Assembly (NCBI GenBank): GCA_034520965.1
Contig: JAXHMY010000001.1
Coordinates: 736,001 to 800,000 of the forward strand
Direction of reading: 5' to 3'
Source of the DNA: Spirochaetia bacterium
Lineage (GTDB): Bacteria; Spirochaetota; Spirochaetia; DSM-16054; Sediminispirochaetaceae
DNA: 64,000 bases
A program made the translations under genes and the position numbers. Each line of letters starts with the position of its first letter. Within the stretch, counting starts at the first letter, position 1. The notes below the pieces were generated by a model. The model worked only from the letters and a program-made list of their open reading frames with translations. It was not told the origin of the DNA and searched no databases. Positions 10,815 to 20,778 of this stretch are shown here, in pieces.

Positions 10815-12047
10815 ATGACTCGTAATGAAAAAATTATTCTATCCATCGCTGCGGCCGCCCATTTTTTTACCCACTTTGCGATGCTCTCATTTCCGGCAAT
10901 GGTAATGCCCCTAAGCAGGGACTTAGGGCTGCCGGTTTCAGAGGTAGTGGGGCTGAGCTTCTGGATGTATTTTCTCTACGGCGTGTTAGCTGCGCTGTGG
11001 GGATGGATAAGCGACAAATGGGGCCATAAACCAGCCCTGGGTGCAGGCCTCATAATTGCCGGAGCGGGCCTGGTTCTGGCGGGGGTGTATCCGTCGCTGA
11101 CTATGTTAACGCTTAGTTTTGCCCTGGTGGGGGTTGGATGTTCATCGTACCACCCCGCCGGTACCGCCTTGGTGAGCCAAGGAATCAAAGAGCGAGGACG
11201 GGCTCTGGGAATAAACGGGATTTGGGGCAGTGTCGGAATGGCCATGGTCCCCTTTGCAATTGGAATGTTCAACTTTTTGATAGGCTGGCGCGGGGGGCTT
11301 ATGATAATAGGAGTAGTCGGAATGCTCCTGGGTATCGCCGGTCTCTTTGCCCCCTTCCAGATAGAAAAAGGCAGTGACCGTATGCAGACTGAACCGCTGG
11401 ACGAGAAGACCGCCCGCAAACTTTTTCTCATTTTTGCGGTGGCCATGGTATTCGGCGGCTTCCTGTTCCGCAGTTTTACCCTTATGCTGCCGACATTCCT
11501 CGAATACCGCCTGGGTGACATTAGTGAGCAGGTACGTTTATGGGTCTCTGACCACATTGTTCCGGTGGAGGGCAGTACCGCCTTTAATACCCTCACCGCA
11601 AATATTGTTGCTACCTTTGTATATGTAGTCGGCATTTTCGGCCAGTGGATTGGCGGCCGCACAGCCGACCGTTACAGTCTAAAGCACGCCTATTTCTTCT
11701 TCTTTCTGATCGCAGTACCCTTTCTGCTGGCGATCCTCTTTTTCAAAAGCTGGATTATCATTCCCGCCTCCGCCCTGTTTGTTCTGTTTCTGCTGGGGAT
11801 GCAGCCTATCGAAAACAGCCTGGTCGCCTACCTCACCCCCGCTAAATGGCGTTCGATTGGCTTTGGGCTTAAGTTTACCCTGGTATTTGGCGCGGGGGCC
11901 TTTGGAGTAAAACTGGTAAGCCTGGTTGAAAAAACAGCCGGCCTTGAAGCTGTAATGCAACTTAATTTACTGTACCTGCTCAGCATCGTGGTGATGGCGG
12001 GAGTACTGCTTCTGGCCAGTCGTAAAATCGTAATCCGCCACTTTTAG
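10815..12047 (+). CDS. MFS transporter
   Basis: About 12 hydrophobic helices; GWISDKWG motif A, YHPAG, RGRALGING. Start moved to ATG 10815. Confidence 0.88.
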   Translation: MTRNEKIILSIAAAAHFFTHFAMLSFPAMVMPLSRDLGLPVSEVVGLSFWMYFLYGVLAALWGWISDKWGHKPALGAGLIIAGAGLVLAGVYPSLTMLTLSFALVGVGCSSYHPAGTALVSQGIKERGRALGINGIWGSVGMAMVPFAIGMFNFLIGWRGGLMIIGVVGMLLGIAGLFAPFQIEKGSDRMQTEPLDEKTARKLFLIFAVAMVFGGFLFRSFTLMLPTFLEYRLGDISEQVRLWVSDHIVPVEGSTAFNTLTANIVATFVYVVGIFGQWIGGRTADRYSLKHAYFFFFLIAVPFLLAILFFKSWIIIPASALFVLFLLGMQPIENSLVAYLTPAKWRSIGFGLKFTLVFGAGAFGVKLVSLVEKTAGLEAVMQLNLLYLLSIVVMAGVLLLASRKIVIRHF

Positions 12048-12106
12048 AGCCGGATAAAAACAACCGAAGTAGCCGAACAATGACTCCGATGGCGGTTTCT
12101 GGTTAC

Positions 12107-12142
12107 TTGACCGCTATACTCATATTAAATTAGTATAGCGGT
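12107..12142 (+). promoter_or_regulatory. Sigma70-like promoter overlapped by an 11-bp perfect inverted repeat (candidate operator)
   Basis: TTGACC-N18-TAGTAT; ACCGCTATACT(12110-12120)-N11-AGTATAGCGGT(12132-12142) ends at the ATG. Confidence 0.6.
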
Positions 12143-12376
12143 ATGCAGATTACTATAGAGTATATGGGCTTTTTTCGTATAGATGGAGTGCCAAGTAATT
12201 CGGTGCTCGAAGTAGAACCGGATACCACTGTTTCCGAGTTACTGGACAGGCTCGATGTAAAGCCGGAGCACCGAACCTACATTCGACCAATAGTAAACCA
12301 AACACGACAATCCTTTGAGTATACCCTTCAAGACAAGGACAATCTGTTTCTCTATTTTCCTATCGGCGGCGGTTGA
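12143..12376 (+). CDS. MoaD/ThiS family ubiquitin-like sulfur carrier
   Basis: 77 aa beta-grasp pattern; C-terminus FPIGGG. Confidence 0.85.
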   Translation: MQITIEYMGFFRIDGVPSNSVLEVEPDTTVSELLDRLDVKPEHRTYIRPIVNQTRQSFEYTLQDKDNLFLYFPIGGG

Positions 12377-12405
12377 ACCGGCGGTGGTTAGTTTTTTAGA
12401 AGAGT

Positions 12406-13383
12406 TTACGGCTGGCTAAAGGTGCTAGTCACGAGATAAATTATATAGACGATATAGCTAAGCAGCAGCAAGCTGCCCTCGAGACGGGTAATTTTGCCGG
12501 GTCGACCGCGAAAGCCATAACATATAACAAATAAAGAAATAGTCAAAACCGCCATCACTAGCATGTCCCTGGTGAAGACCTTGGCCTCTACACTTATTGG
12601 CTGTATGATGCCGGCAATACCAACCACAGCCAGGGTGTTGAACAAGTTTGAGCCCAGCACATTCCCAATGGCAATATCATGCTCGTTCTTACGGACAGCC
12701 GCCAAGGTTGACGCGAGCTCAGGCAGGGATGTGCCTACCGCAACAATGGTCAAGCCTATCACCAGATCACTCACCCCAAAAGCCTGGGCAATTTCCACCG
12801 CCCCCCAGACCAGAATACGAGAACTGACTATCAGCAGCACAAGTCCCGCGATCAAACTGAAAACAGCCTTAGGGACAGGAAGAGTCTTTACTTCTAAACT
12901 CTCTTCTATCTCTCTGCCAAGGGTATCCGGCTGCTTCTTCATCCCCTGCCATATGTTCCAGGCCATTACTCCGCCAAACAGGATCAACAGCACAATCGCC
13001 TCTGCCCGGGTAACAGACCCATCTTGCAGCTGCCAGGCGGAGACGGCTGTCACGGCTGTAAGAATCGGCAACTCCTTGCGCAGTACCTGTGAATGCACTG
13101 CAATAGGGCTGATAAGCGCCGTAAGTCCAAGAATCAGTGCAATATTGCTTATATTTGAACCATAGGCATTTCCGAGACCAAGACCGGGGTTCCCCTGATA
13201 CGCGGCCAGAGCCGATACCACCATCTCCGGAGCTGAAGTACCGAAGCCAATAATTACCATCCCTATCAACAATGACGGCATTCCAAAATAACGGGCGATT
13301 GTCGCAGAACCCTCAATAAAGCGATCTGCACTCCACACCAGAAGTGCCAGTCCAAATAGAACCGCACTATAATACAATGCCAT
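12406..13383 (-). CDS. Calcium/sodium antiporter (YrbG/CaCA family)
   Basis: Duplicated alpha repeats GTSAPE...GNAYGSN and GTSLPE...GNVLGSN; start ATG 13383 with SD GAGGTG. Confidence 0.9.
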   Translation of the reverse strand: MALYYSAVLFGLALLVWSADRFIEGSATIARYFGMPSLLIGMVIIGFGTSAPEMVVSALAAYQGNPGLGLGNAYGSNISNIALILGLTALISPIAVHSQVLRKELPILTAVTAVSAWQLQDGSVTRAEAIVLLILFGGVMAWNIWQGMKKQPDTLGREIEESLEVKTLPVPKAVFSLIAGLVLLIVSSRILVWGAVEIAQAFGVSDLVIGLTIVAVGTSLPELASTLAAVRKNEHDIAIGNVLGSNLFNTLAVVGIAGIIQPISVEAKVFTRDMLVMAVLTISLFVICYGFRGRPGKITRLEGSLLLLSYIVYIIYLVTSTFSQP

Positions 13384-13398
13384 CAATATCACCTCTAC

Positions 13399-13427
13399 AA
13401 AAAAACCGGCCCTCAACAGAAGGCCGG
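13399..13427 (-). terminator. Rho-independent terminator after the ferredoxin gene
   Basis: Minus strand CCGGCCTTCTGTTGAGGGCCGG followed by T7. Confidence 0.75.
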
Positions 13428-13450
13428 CCTCTAAAACTGGAGCTTTCAGC

Positions 13451-13678
13451 TTACAGTTTTTCGATCTCTATGGCTTCGACAGGACATGCATCGCAGGCGT
13501 CCTTGGCTTCATCATACGCGTCGTCATCAAATTCGCCTACAGACATTACTCCGTCCATAGAACCATTGGTAACGTCGGCCTTACCTTCATCGTCTTCTTC
13601 ATAGTGATCGGGGTCCATAGAATAACATACACCGTCGGCGATGCATTTATCCTTGTCTACTTTGATTCGGTACTTCAT
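13451..13678 (-). CDS. Single-cluster ferredoxin
   Basis: CIADGVC...ACPVEAI; acidic 75 aa; SD AAGGAGG. Confidence 0.9.
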   Translation of the reverse strand: MKYRIKVDKDKCIADGVCYSMDPDHYEEDDEGKADVTNGSMDGVMSVGEFDDDAYDEAKDACDACPVEAIEIEKL

Positions 13679-13760
13679 TCTTGATCCTCCTTAAAAGACT
13701 TCATCTACTTTTGTAATGCAATGACATGCAATGTGTCAAGTCAAGATTCTAACAAATATA

Positions 13761-15284
13761 TCAATCGACCCAGTCTATGGTCCGCTGAACAGCTTTTTTC
13801 CACCCATGGATCAATTTATCCCTTTTAACGGCGGTCATTTGGGGCTTCCAGGTTTTTCCAACCTTCCAGTTCTTCTTCAAATCATCTAAATCTTTCCAAA
13901 ACCCAACCGCCAGCCCGGCAGCGTAAGCCGCACCCAGAGCGGTCGTTTCGGTTACTTCCGGACGAATAACATTTACATTCAAAGTATCCGCCTGAAACTG
14001 CATCAGTAACTCGCTGGCTACCATCCCCCCGTCAACCTTAAGATCGTTCAGATGCACATTGGAATCTTTTTCCATCGCCTCAACCAGTTCAACCACCTGA
14101 TACGCAGTCGACTCCAGTACGGCCCTGGCTATATGTGCTTTGGTGATGTAATGAGTAAGCCCGGCAATAATACCGCGGGCACTGCTGTTCCAATGCGGGG
14201 CGAAGAGTCCGGAGAAGGCCGGAACAATGTAGATACCCCCGTTATCCTCAACCTGGTCGGCCAGATCGTTAATTTCAGGTGCCTCGCTAATCATCTTAAG
14301 GTTGTCCCGAACCCACTGCACCAGAGAACCGGCCACCGCAATTGACCCCTCCAGCGCATAGACGGCCGGCTGGTCCCCAATTTTGAAACCAACAGTAGTC
14401 AATAAACCGTGCTTTGACTGAACCGGCTCCTCTCCAGTATTCAAAAGGAGAAAGCCTCCGGTTCCATAGGTGCTCTTCGCTTCGCCGGGGGTATAGCAGA
14501 TCTGTCCAAACAGGGCAGCCTGCTGATCTCCCAAAATACCTGCAACCGGTATTTTAGTACCAAAGGGCCCATCTTCTGTAGTATACCCAAAGAAAGAGGG
14601 ATCGCTGGAAGGGCGAATCTCCGGCAGCATCGACGGGCTGGCCTCCATCACCCTCATCATATCCGGATCCCACTGAAGGGTATTGATATTCATCAACATT
14701 GTCCGTGAAGCATTAGTTACATCGGTTATATGTGAGCCCCCCTGGGGCCCTCCGGTGAGCCACCATACTACCCAGGTATCAATGGTGCCAAACAGGGCAT
14801 CACCCTTTTCCGCCGCCATTTTTGCCTCGGGGACATTGTCCATTATCCACTTCATTTTTGGACCGGCAAAATAGGTGGCCAGGGGCAGACCAACTTTTTC
14901 ACGGAAGCAATCTTTATCTCCGTTTTCGGCTAAGGCCTCAATGATTTCTGAGGTACGGGTATCCTGCCAGACAATCGCATTGTAATAGGGTTTACCGGTA
15001 TTCTTATCCCATACAAGGGTCGTCTCGCGTTGGTTTGTAATACCGATAGAGGCAATTTCATCGCTGCTCACGCCGGCCTCTTTCAGGGTTACCTTGATCA
15101 CCTCTTGGGTACGCTCCCAAATCTCAAGGGGATCATGTTCAACCCAGCCTGCCCGGGGAAAGAACTGCTTATGTTCTATCTGATGTGAAGCAACTATTTG
15201 CCCGTCCTTATCAAACAAGATAAACCGGGAACTTGTTGTTCCCTGGTCAATTGAACCAATATATTTTTTCTCTTTCATCGCCAC
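13761..15284 (-). CDS. glpK: Glycerol kinase
   Basis: [48 protein letters not shown] and ETTALGAA. Confidence 0.96.
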   Translation of the reverse strand: MAMKEKKYIGSIDQGTTSSRFILFDKDGQIVASHQIEHKQFFPRAGWVEHDPLEIWERTQEVIKVTLKEAGVSSDEIASIGITNQRETTLVWDKNTGKPYYNAIVWQDTRTSEIIEALAENGDKDCFREKVGLPLATYFAGPKMKWIMDNVPEAKMAAEKGDALFGTIDTWVVWWLTGGPQGGSHITDVTNASRTMLMNINTLQWDPDMMRVMEASPSMLPEIRPSSDPSFFGYTTEDGPFGTKIPVAGILGDQQAALFGQICYTPGEAKSTYGTGGFLLLNTGEEPVQSKHGLLTTVGFKIGDQPAVYALEGSIAVAGSLVQWVRDNLKMISEAPEINDLADQVEDNGGIYIVPAFSGLFAPHWNSSARGIIAGLTHYITKAHIARAVLESTAYQVVELVEAMEKDSNVHLNDLKVDGGMVASELLMQFQADTLNVNVIRPEVTETTALGAAYAAGLAVGFWKDLDDLKKNWKVGKTWKPQMTAVKRDKLIHGWKKAVQRTIDWVD

Positions 15285-15312
15285 ACCTCTTCTTTATACA
15301 AACTTGTGGATT

Positions 15313-15341
15313 ATTTTATAACTGCTCTGGGCAGGTGTCAA
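15313..15341 (-). promoter_or_regulatory. Sigma70-like promoter of glpK
   Basis: Minus strand TTGACA-N17-TAAAAT. Confidence 0.7.
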
Positions 15342-15413
15342 GAAAACGTTATTATTAATTCTCAAGAGAACACTGTTATAATTACATTTGGAACATAAAC
15401 ATACATTTTTCGA

Positions 15414-15442
15414 TTGACAAAGCAATCTAGTAAACTTACACT
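15414..15442 (+). promoter_or_regulatory. Sigma70-like promoter of the DeoR regulator
   Basis: TTGACA-N17-TACACT. Confidence 0.7.
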
Positions 15443-15466
15443 ATCAATCATAGATGGGAGCATTAC

Positions 15467-16252
15467 ATGGCTGAATCATACATACCGGCTGATAGACAGT
15501 CCAGAATACAAAAGCTCATTCAAGAACAGGGCATCGTAAAGGTAGCTGAACTGAGTAAAATGTTCGGAGTTACCGAACTTACCATACGCCGCGACCTGGA
15601 CGTGCTGGAAAGACATGGAGTCCTCGACCGAACCCACGGCGGGGCTATTCTGCGCCACCGAATGCGAATAGAACCGCTGTATACCGAAAAAGATCAAATT
15701 AACCGCGGGTCAAAGGAACTCATTGGACAGGCGGTAAACCGGTATGTAGAAGAGGGAGATACCCTGCTGATTAACACCGGCTCCACTACCGCCCAGGTGT
15801 TACGGCATCTTTCCGGAAAAAAACTGAGGGTCATAACCAGTAATGCCGGTGCAGTTGTTGAAGTAAAAGACCCCGAGGTTGAACTAATTTTAACCGGCGG
15901 TCTTTTCAGGCGTCAGTCAAATTCTTTAATCGGCGGATTTGCCCATTACGTATTAGATCATATATGCGGCAGCAAGGCTATTATCGGTATCGACGGCATC
16001 AGCATCAACTACGGACTCACCACTCCCATACACCAGGAAGCAGAGGTCACTCGCTTGATGATAGAACGAACCCAAGGGCCAGTCATAGTGGTAGCCGATC
16101 ACACCAAAATGGGAGTAGTGTCCAACTTTGTAACCGCCCCGATTGAAAAAATCAGCATGCTTATCACCGATAAAAACATCGAAACAGACTTTCGTGAAGA
16201 ACTAGAACGCCGCAATATCAAAGTGGTAATCGCCGAAGAAGCCCTTCGATAG
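15467..16252 (+). CDS. DeoR/GlpR family transcriptional regulator
   Basis: HTH VTELTIRRDLDVLE, RTHGGA, NTGSTT and VADHTK; divergent from glpK. Confidence 0.92.
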   Translation: MAESYIPADRQSRIQKLIQEQGIVKVAELSKMFGVTELTIRRDLDVLERHGVLDRTHGGAILRHRMRIEPLYTEKDQINRGSKELIGQAVNRYVEEGDTLLINTGSTTAQVLRHLSGKKLRVITSNAGAVVEVKDPEVELILTGGLFRRQSNSLIGGFAHYVLDHICGSKAIIGIDGISINYGLTTPIHQEAEVTRLMIERTQGPVIVVADHTKMGVVSNFVTAPIEKISMLITDKNIETDFREELERRNIKVVIAEEALR

Positions 16253-16276
16253 ATTTACAAAACATACCCTACAAAG

Positions 16277-16320
16277 AAAAGCGGCCCCCAGAATAATCCG
16301 GAAGGCCGCTCTTATTTATT
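16277..16320. terminator. Probable bidirectional terminator between the DeoR gene and the malic enzyme gene
   Basis: AAAAGCGGCC...GGCCGCTCTT stem flanked by A- and T-rich tracts between convergent genes. Confidence 0.65.
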
Positions 16321-16353
16321 TTTACCGCTATTTTTGCCTATAGATTTTGTTTT

Positions 16354-17634
16354 TTATTCCCAGTACTTCTCTATACGTGTGCGCAGCTGTAGCACATAGG
16401 CATCCCAGTCTTTAATGGGTTCGCGGGCGACCCCCTCTTCAACTGCCTTTTTCGCAACCGCTACAGCCTCCCATTCAATTACCCTCGGGTCAAAGGGCTT
16501 TGGAACGATATAGTTTTTTCCAAATTTAAAATCGGTATTGTTGTAGGCCTTTTTTACCGCATCAGGTACAGGCTCTTTTGCCAACGCGGCTAAAGCCTTG
16601 GCGGCGGCAATCTTCATACCTTCGGTGATATTAGTTGCGCGGACATCCAAGGCTCCCCGAAAGATAAAAGGAAAGCCAAGCACATTATTGATCTGGTTGG
16701 GAAAATCACTCCGACCGGTAGCCATAATAACATCATCCCGGGTTTCAATGGCCAAGTCGTAGGTAATTTCGGGATCAGGGTTTGCCATGGCAAACACAAT
16801 CGGATCTCTGTTCATAGTCTTCAGCATTGCCGGGGTCACCGAATCTTTTACCGATACCCCAACAAACACATCGGTCTCACGCATGGCGTCTTCGAGTGAG
16901 CGGAGCTCAGTATCGGCGGCAAACTCTTCCTTCTCCGGGTTAAGCGTACCAGGCCGGCCGTTGTAGATAACCCCTTTGCTGTCGCACATTACCAAATTCT
17001 CTTTCTTTACTCCCAGCTCAACGAACAGTCGTGCACAGGAGATGCCCGCAGCACCGGCACCGTTGAACACAACTTTGATCTCTTCAATCTTTTTTCCGTT
17101 GATTTCAAGGGCATTCAAAAGCCCGGCGGCACTGATAATAGCGGTTCCATGCTGGTCATCATGAAAAATCGGGATGTTGGTAATCTTTTTTAGCTCATTT
17201 TCAATACGAAAACAATCGGGAGCCTTAATATCCTCCAGGTTTATTCCACCAAAGGTCGGTTCCATGAGTTTTACTGTTCTGATAATTTCATCGGCATCTT
17301 CAGTATCAAGTTCGATATCGAATACATCCACATCGGCGAAGCGTTTGAACAGAACGGCCTTGCCTTCCATTACCGGCTTACTGGCCAGGGCTCCCTGATT
17401 TCCTAAACCCAGAATTGCAGTACCGTTGGAAACCACCGCTACCAGGTTCCCGCGGCTGGTATATTTAAAACTGTCCTCCGGATTATTGGCTATCTCCATT
17501 ACCGGTTTGGCTACCCCGGGGGTATAGGCCAGGGATAAATCCTCAGAAGTCTGACAGGGTTTTGTTGCCACTATCGCCAGTTTTCCCGGCTGTCCCTCCG
17601 AATGATATTTGAGCGCTCTTTCTTTTAAATCCAT
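16354..17634 (-). CDS. NAD(P)-dependent malic enzyme (short form without PTA domain)
   Basis: [58 protein letters not shown]. Confidence 0.93.
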   Translation of the reverse strand: MDLKERALKYHSEGQPGKLAIVATKPCQTSEDLSLAYTPGVAKPVMEIANNPEDSFKYTSRGNLVAVVSNGTAILGLGNQGALASKPVMEGKAVLFKRFADVDVFDIELDTEDADEIIRTVKLMEPTFGGINLEDIKAPDCFRIENELKKITNIPIFHDDQHGTAIISAAGLLNALEINGKKIEEIKVVFNGAGAAGISCARLFVELGVKKENLVMCDSKGVIYNGRPGTLNPEKEEFAADTELRSLEDAMRETDVFVGVSVKDSVTPAMLKTMNRDPIVFAMANPDPEITYDLAIETRDDVIMATGRSDFPNQINNVLGFPFIFRGALDVRATNITEGMKIAAAKALAALAKEPVPDAVKKAYNNTDFKFGKNYIVPKPFDPRVIEWEAVAVAKKAVEEGVAREPIKDWDAYVLQLRTRIEKYWE

Positions 17635-17668
17635 GTATAGTTCTCCTCTATTATATATATACTATTAA

Positions 17669-17694
17669 GAAAATAGCCGTATACGGCTATTTTC
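17669..17694. repeat. Perfect 26-bp palindrome between the Ldh_2 and malic enzyme genes (terminator, processing hairpin or operator)
   Basis: GAAAATAGCCGTA|TACGGCTATTTTC. Confidence 0.7.
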
Positions 17695-17727
17695 ATCGTT
17701 TCGCTTGTCGCGAAGCAGCATGCGAAA

Positions 17728-18840
17728 CTATTTTTCAAAATCGAAGGTATAGGGAAGATTAAACCTGTCCCGTACTTCTATTATCTGCTGCTGCAGTTTT
17801 GTATCGACCTTTGCTCCCTTGTCCTTGCGGTACAGCCAGGCCTCATGCTCTTTCTCGCCGGCGGTGTATATTTTTTCCGCACCCGGCATTTTTTCAGAGT
17901 CTCGCAGTTTACGCAGAATATCCCCGGCAATTCGCTTAAAAATATCCGAACCCAGGAAAGACTCAATGTTTATTGCGATAAAAAAGTGGCCCAGGGGATA
18001 GGGAATCTTGTTTCCATCTTTATCGTATCCCAGCAGGTCTTTCAGATATTTTCCATCCTGCAGGGCTGCAGACAGTACTTCTACCACCGTAGCGTAACCG
18101 TAACCCTTGTAACCACCGGTCTGTTCTCCAATTCCACCTAGAGGGGCAAGCGCAGCAGTTCCGGCAACAAGGTCTTTCAACACCTGGGCCGAATCTGTTT
18201 TTGTCTTACCATCCTTGCCGAGCACCCAGCCTTCCGGCAGGTCCTTCCCCAGCCGTGAGTAGGCTTCGATCTTTCCGCGCTGTGAAACCGAGGTGGCACA
18301 GTCGAGGACAAAGGGAAACTCTTCGTCAGTGGGAAAACCGATGGTCAGGGGGTTCGTTCCAAGCATGTTTTCTATACCAAAGGTCGGAGCGATCGAAGGG
18401 CGAGCATTTGTACCGGTAATACCAATCATATTGTTCTCGGCCGCCATAAGCGCGTAGTAACCGGCGATTCCGTAATGCGTGGTATTTCGTACAGCAACCA
18501 TTCCCATACCGTTCTCTTTCGCCTTGTCTATGGCCATCTGCATCGACTTCTTGCCTATTACATGGCCCATACCGTTATGTCCATCAACCACCGCAGTAGT
18601 TGGTCCATCTTTTACCACTTCAAACTCGGTCTTGGTATTCAGAATACCATCGTCGATTCTATTGATGTAGATTGGTTTAAATCTTCCAATTCCATGAGAG
18701 TCGATACCCCGCTTATCCGAAGTAATCAGGACATCCGCACACACTGCTGCATCTTCCCGAGGTACTCCAATTGCCTCAAACGCATCCGTCATAAACCGTT
18801 CTAACAGATCAAAATCTACCCATACAAAATCTTCTGCCAT
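17728..18840 (-). CDS. Ldh_2 family (malate/L-lactate/L-sulfolactate dehydrogenase) oxidoreductase
   Basis: RGIDSHG, HYGIAGYY, LGTNPL, LDCATS and GGYKGYG motifs. Confidence 0.9.
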   Translation of the reverse strand: MAEDFVWVDFDLLERFMTDAFEAIGVPREDAAVCADVLITSDKRGIDSHGIGRFKPIYINRIDDGILNTKTEFEVVKDGPTTAVVDGHNGMGHVIGKKSMQMAIDKAKENGMGMVAVRNTTHYGIAGYYALMAAENNMIGITGTNARPSIAPTFGIENMLGTNPLTIGFPTDEEFPFVLDCATSVSQRGKIEAYSRLGKDLPEGWVLGKDGKTKTDSAQVLKDLVAGTAALAPLGGIGEQTGGYKGYGYATVVEVLSAALQDGKYLKDLLGYDKDGNKIPYPLGHFFIAINIESFLGSDIFKRIAGDILRKLRDSEKMPGAEKIYTAGEKEHEAWLYRKDKGAKVDTKLQQQIIEVRDRFNLPYTFDFEK

Positions 18841-18961
18841 TCTATGTTCCTCCTAAACTCAACCGGATTCTTCCGGTTAATATATTATTTTCATTACCTA
18901 AGTAATGATCTCATGTTCATTTTTGTTTGTCAATGAATATTTGTAAACTATTTTGTGTGTT

Positions 18962-20778
18962 TTATAACTCCTCTACACTACAGGCGGCTTCACTTCCCTG
19001 CTTAACTTGGAACTTCTCCATCTCAGAGTCGAGTTCATGAATGCTTTTGCTGTTCACGCTGTTCAAGCTGTTCACTTTTTTTATCATTGATTCCATTTCA
19101 CGAATTTCCTTCCCAAGATAGTCGATCTCTTCATCTACACTGCTGCCGATTGAATAGACCTGTTTTATTGAGTCGTCGGTACTATTAACGCCGCTATGAA
19201 TAGATTCGGTTTTTTCTTGTATATCATTGGTAGCGGTGTTGAGAGAATTCATGGCATTCATTATCTCATTACTGCCGAGGGCTATTTCCTGGATGCTTGA
19301 ACTTATTTCAGACAAAGCATCATCGGAACTTCGAGTCTCTTTTAATATTTGCTCGAAGTTATTCTGCAGTTCCAGGCTCCCGTCATACACCTCATTTACC
19401 CGTTCCGCCATAGCGTTCATGGTGCTTTTAATTTTCTTTGCATTCGCATTGGTAGATTCCGCCAGCTTTCGAATTTCGTCTGCCACCACTGCAAAACCCC
19501 TGCCCGCATCACCGGCATGGGCAGCCTCGATTGCCGCGTTCATAGCCAACAGGTTGGTCTGACCGGCGATATTGTTGATTAAAGCTATAACCTCGCCAAC
19601 TTCCTTGGTATCCTGCGCATTTTGCTCGATAAGGACGTTCTTTATCGACGAATCTTCTCGCCACCGCTTTCAGTAATTTCAACCATCTGTGCGCTGGAGG
19701 CCTTTCTCTTTTTCGCAATTTCCACCACGTTTTCAATTGATGCATTCATTTCTTCAACTGAAGCGGTAGACTGATTGACCGCGGAGGACTGATTTTCAAT
19801 GTGTTCGGCAAAACTATCCAAGTGCTGCTTTATTGTAGCGGTTGCAGTCTCACTCTGCCGCAGAAGAACTCGATCGTACTGCATTGTACTTTCTGATTTA
19901 GTCCATCAACCCGCTTAAGCATGTTCTGCACTGCATGCACCGAAGTCTCGGAGGCAGCATCAACCTCATTTTTCTGGGCGCTTGACTGCTCAGAAAGCTG
20001 CTGAACCTGCCCTATTGTTCTACAGAACAGCTGTAGAAAACCGTTGATTGTTTTGGATATATCGGTAATTTCATCTCTGCCCTCCTCGGACAATAGCTGA
20101 GTAAGGTCGCCGGTCTCAAGCCGTTTGATTCCCTGCTCCAAGTTCAATATGCGAAGACGTAAATGCCGAAGGATGTGTACCGCCATTATGAGCACGACGA
20201 TCACCACCAGGGCTGCCAGAACAAGCACTAGCTTGCGGCTGCTCGACTCTTTTTCAGCACTGGCTAACTGAATATTATCGCCTATGGCGTCCAGCTGCGT
20301 ACTTACGCGGGTACTAAAGTTTTTCGATAAAGTCTCAACCATATCCAGGGTGGCCTGTACAAGATCATCCTCGTAATACACCGACGCTTCAAACAGACCG
20401 GGCAAATAGGTGCTATATTTTTGTTCCAGATCCTCAACATTGCGTTTTATTTCTGAAATTTTGTGCATCATTCATTAAAAACATATTCTCGAGGGTGGTA
20501 GTATCACTTTCAATGCTGCTGTTAGCCTCTAAAAACTGCTGATACAGGGGCCTACGAAAGAAGCTCTGCATCTCCTCCCGCATACTGGTGTAGCGTTCCT
20601 GAAAGGCTGCATGCTCTTCTTTCAGCTCCGATCCGAACATCATTCTATCCAACTGCAGATTAGTTTCGTATACATGGGACTTTAAGTCCTTCATGGAACT
20701 AATCAAACTGTTGTAGTTCTCATTTAATCGAAGCTGATAAAACAGCATTCCCGACACATCAAGGCCGAAGAAAATTGG
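18962..20778 (-). pseudogene. Methyl-accepting chemotaxis protein; three frameshifts (~20465, ~19860, ~19645) and no visible start
   Basis: TM, HAMP (GDLT...GRDEI) and signalling hairpin [38 protein letters not shown] across ORFs 20434..20820, 19830..20471, 19642..19884 and 18962..19549. Confidence 0.85.
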
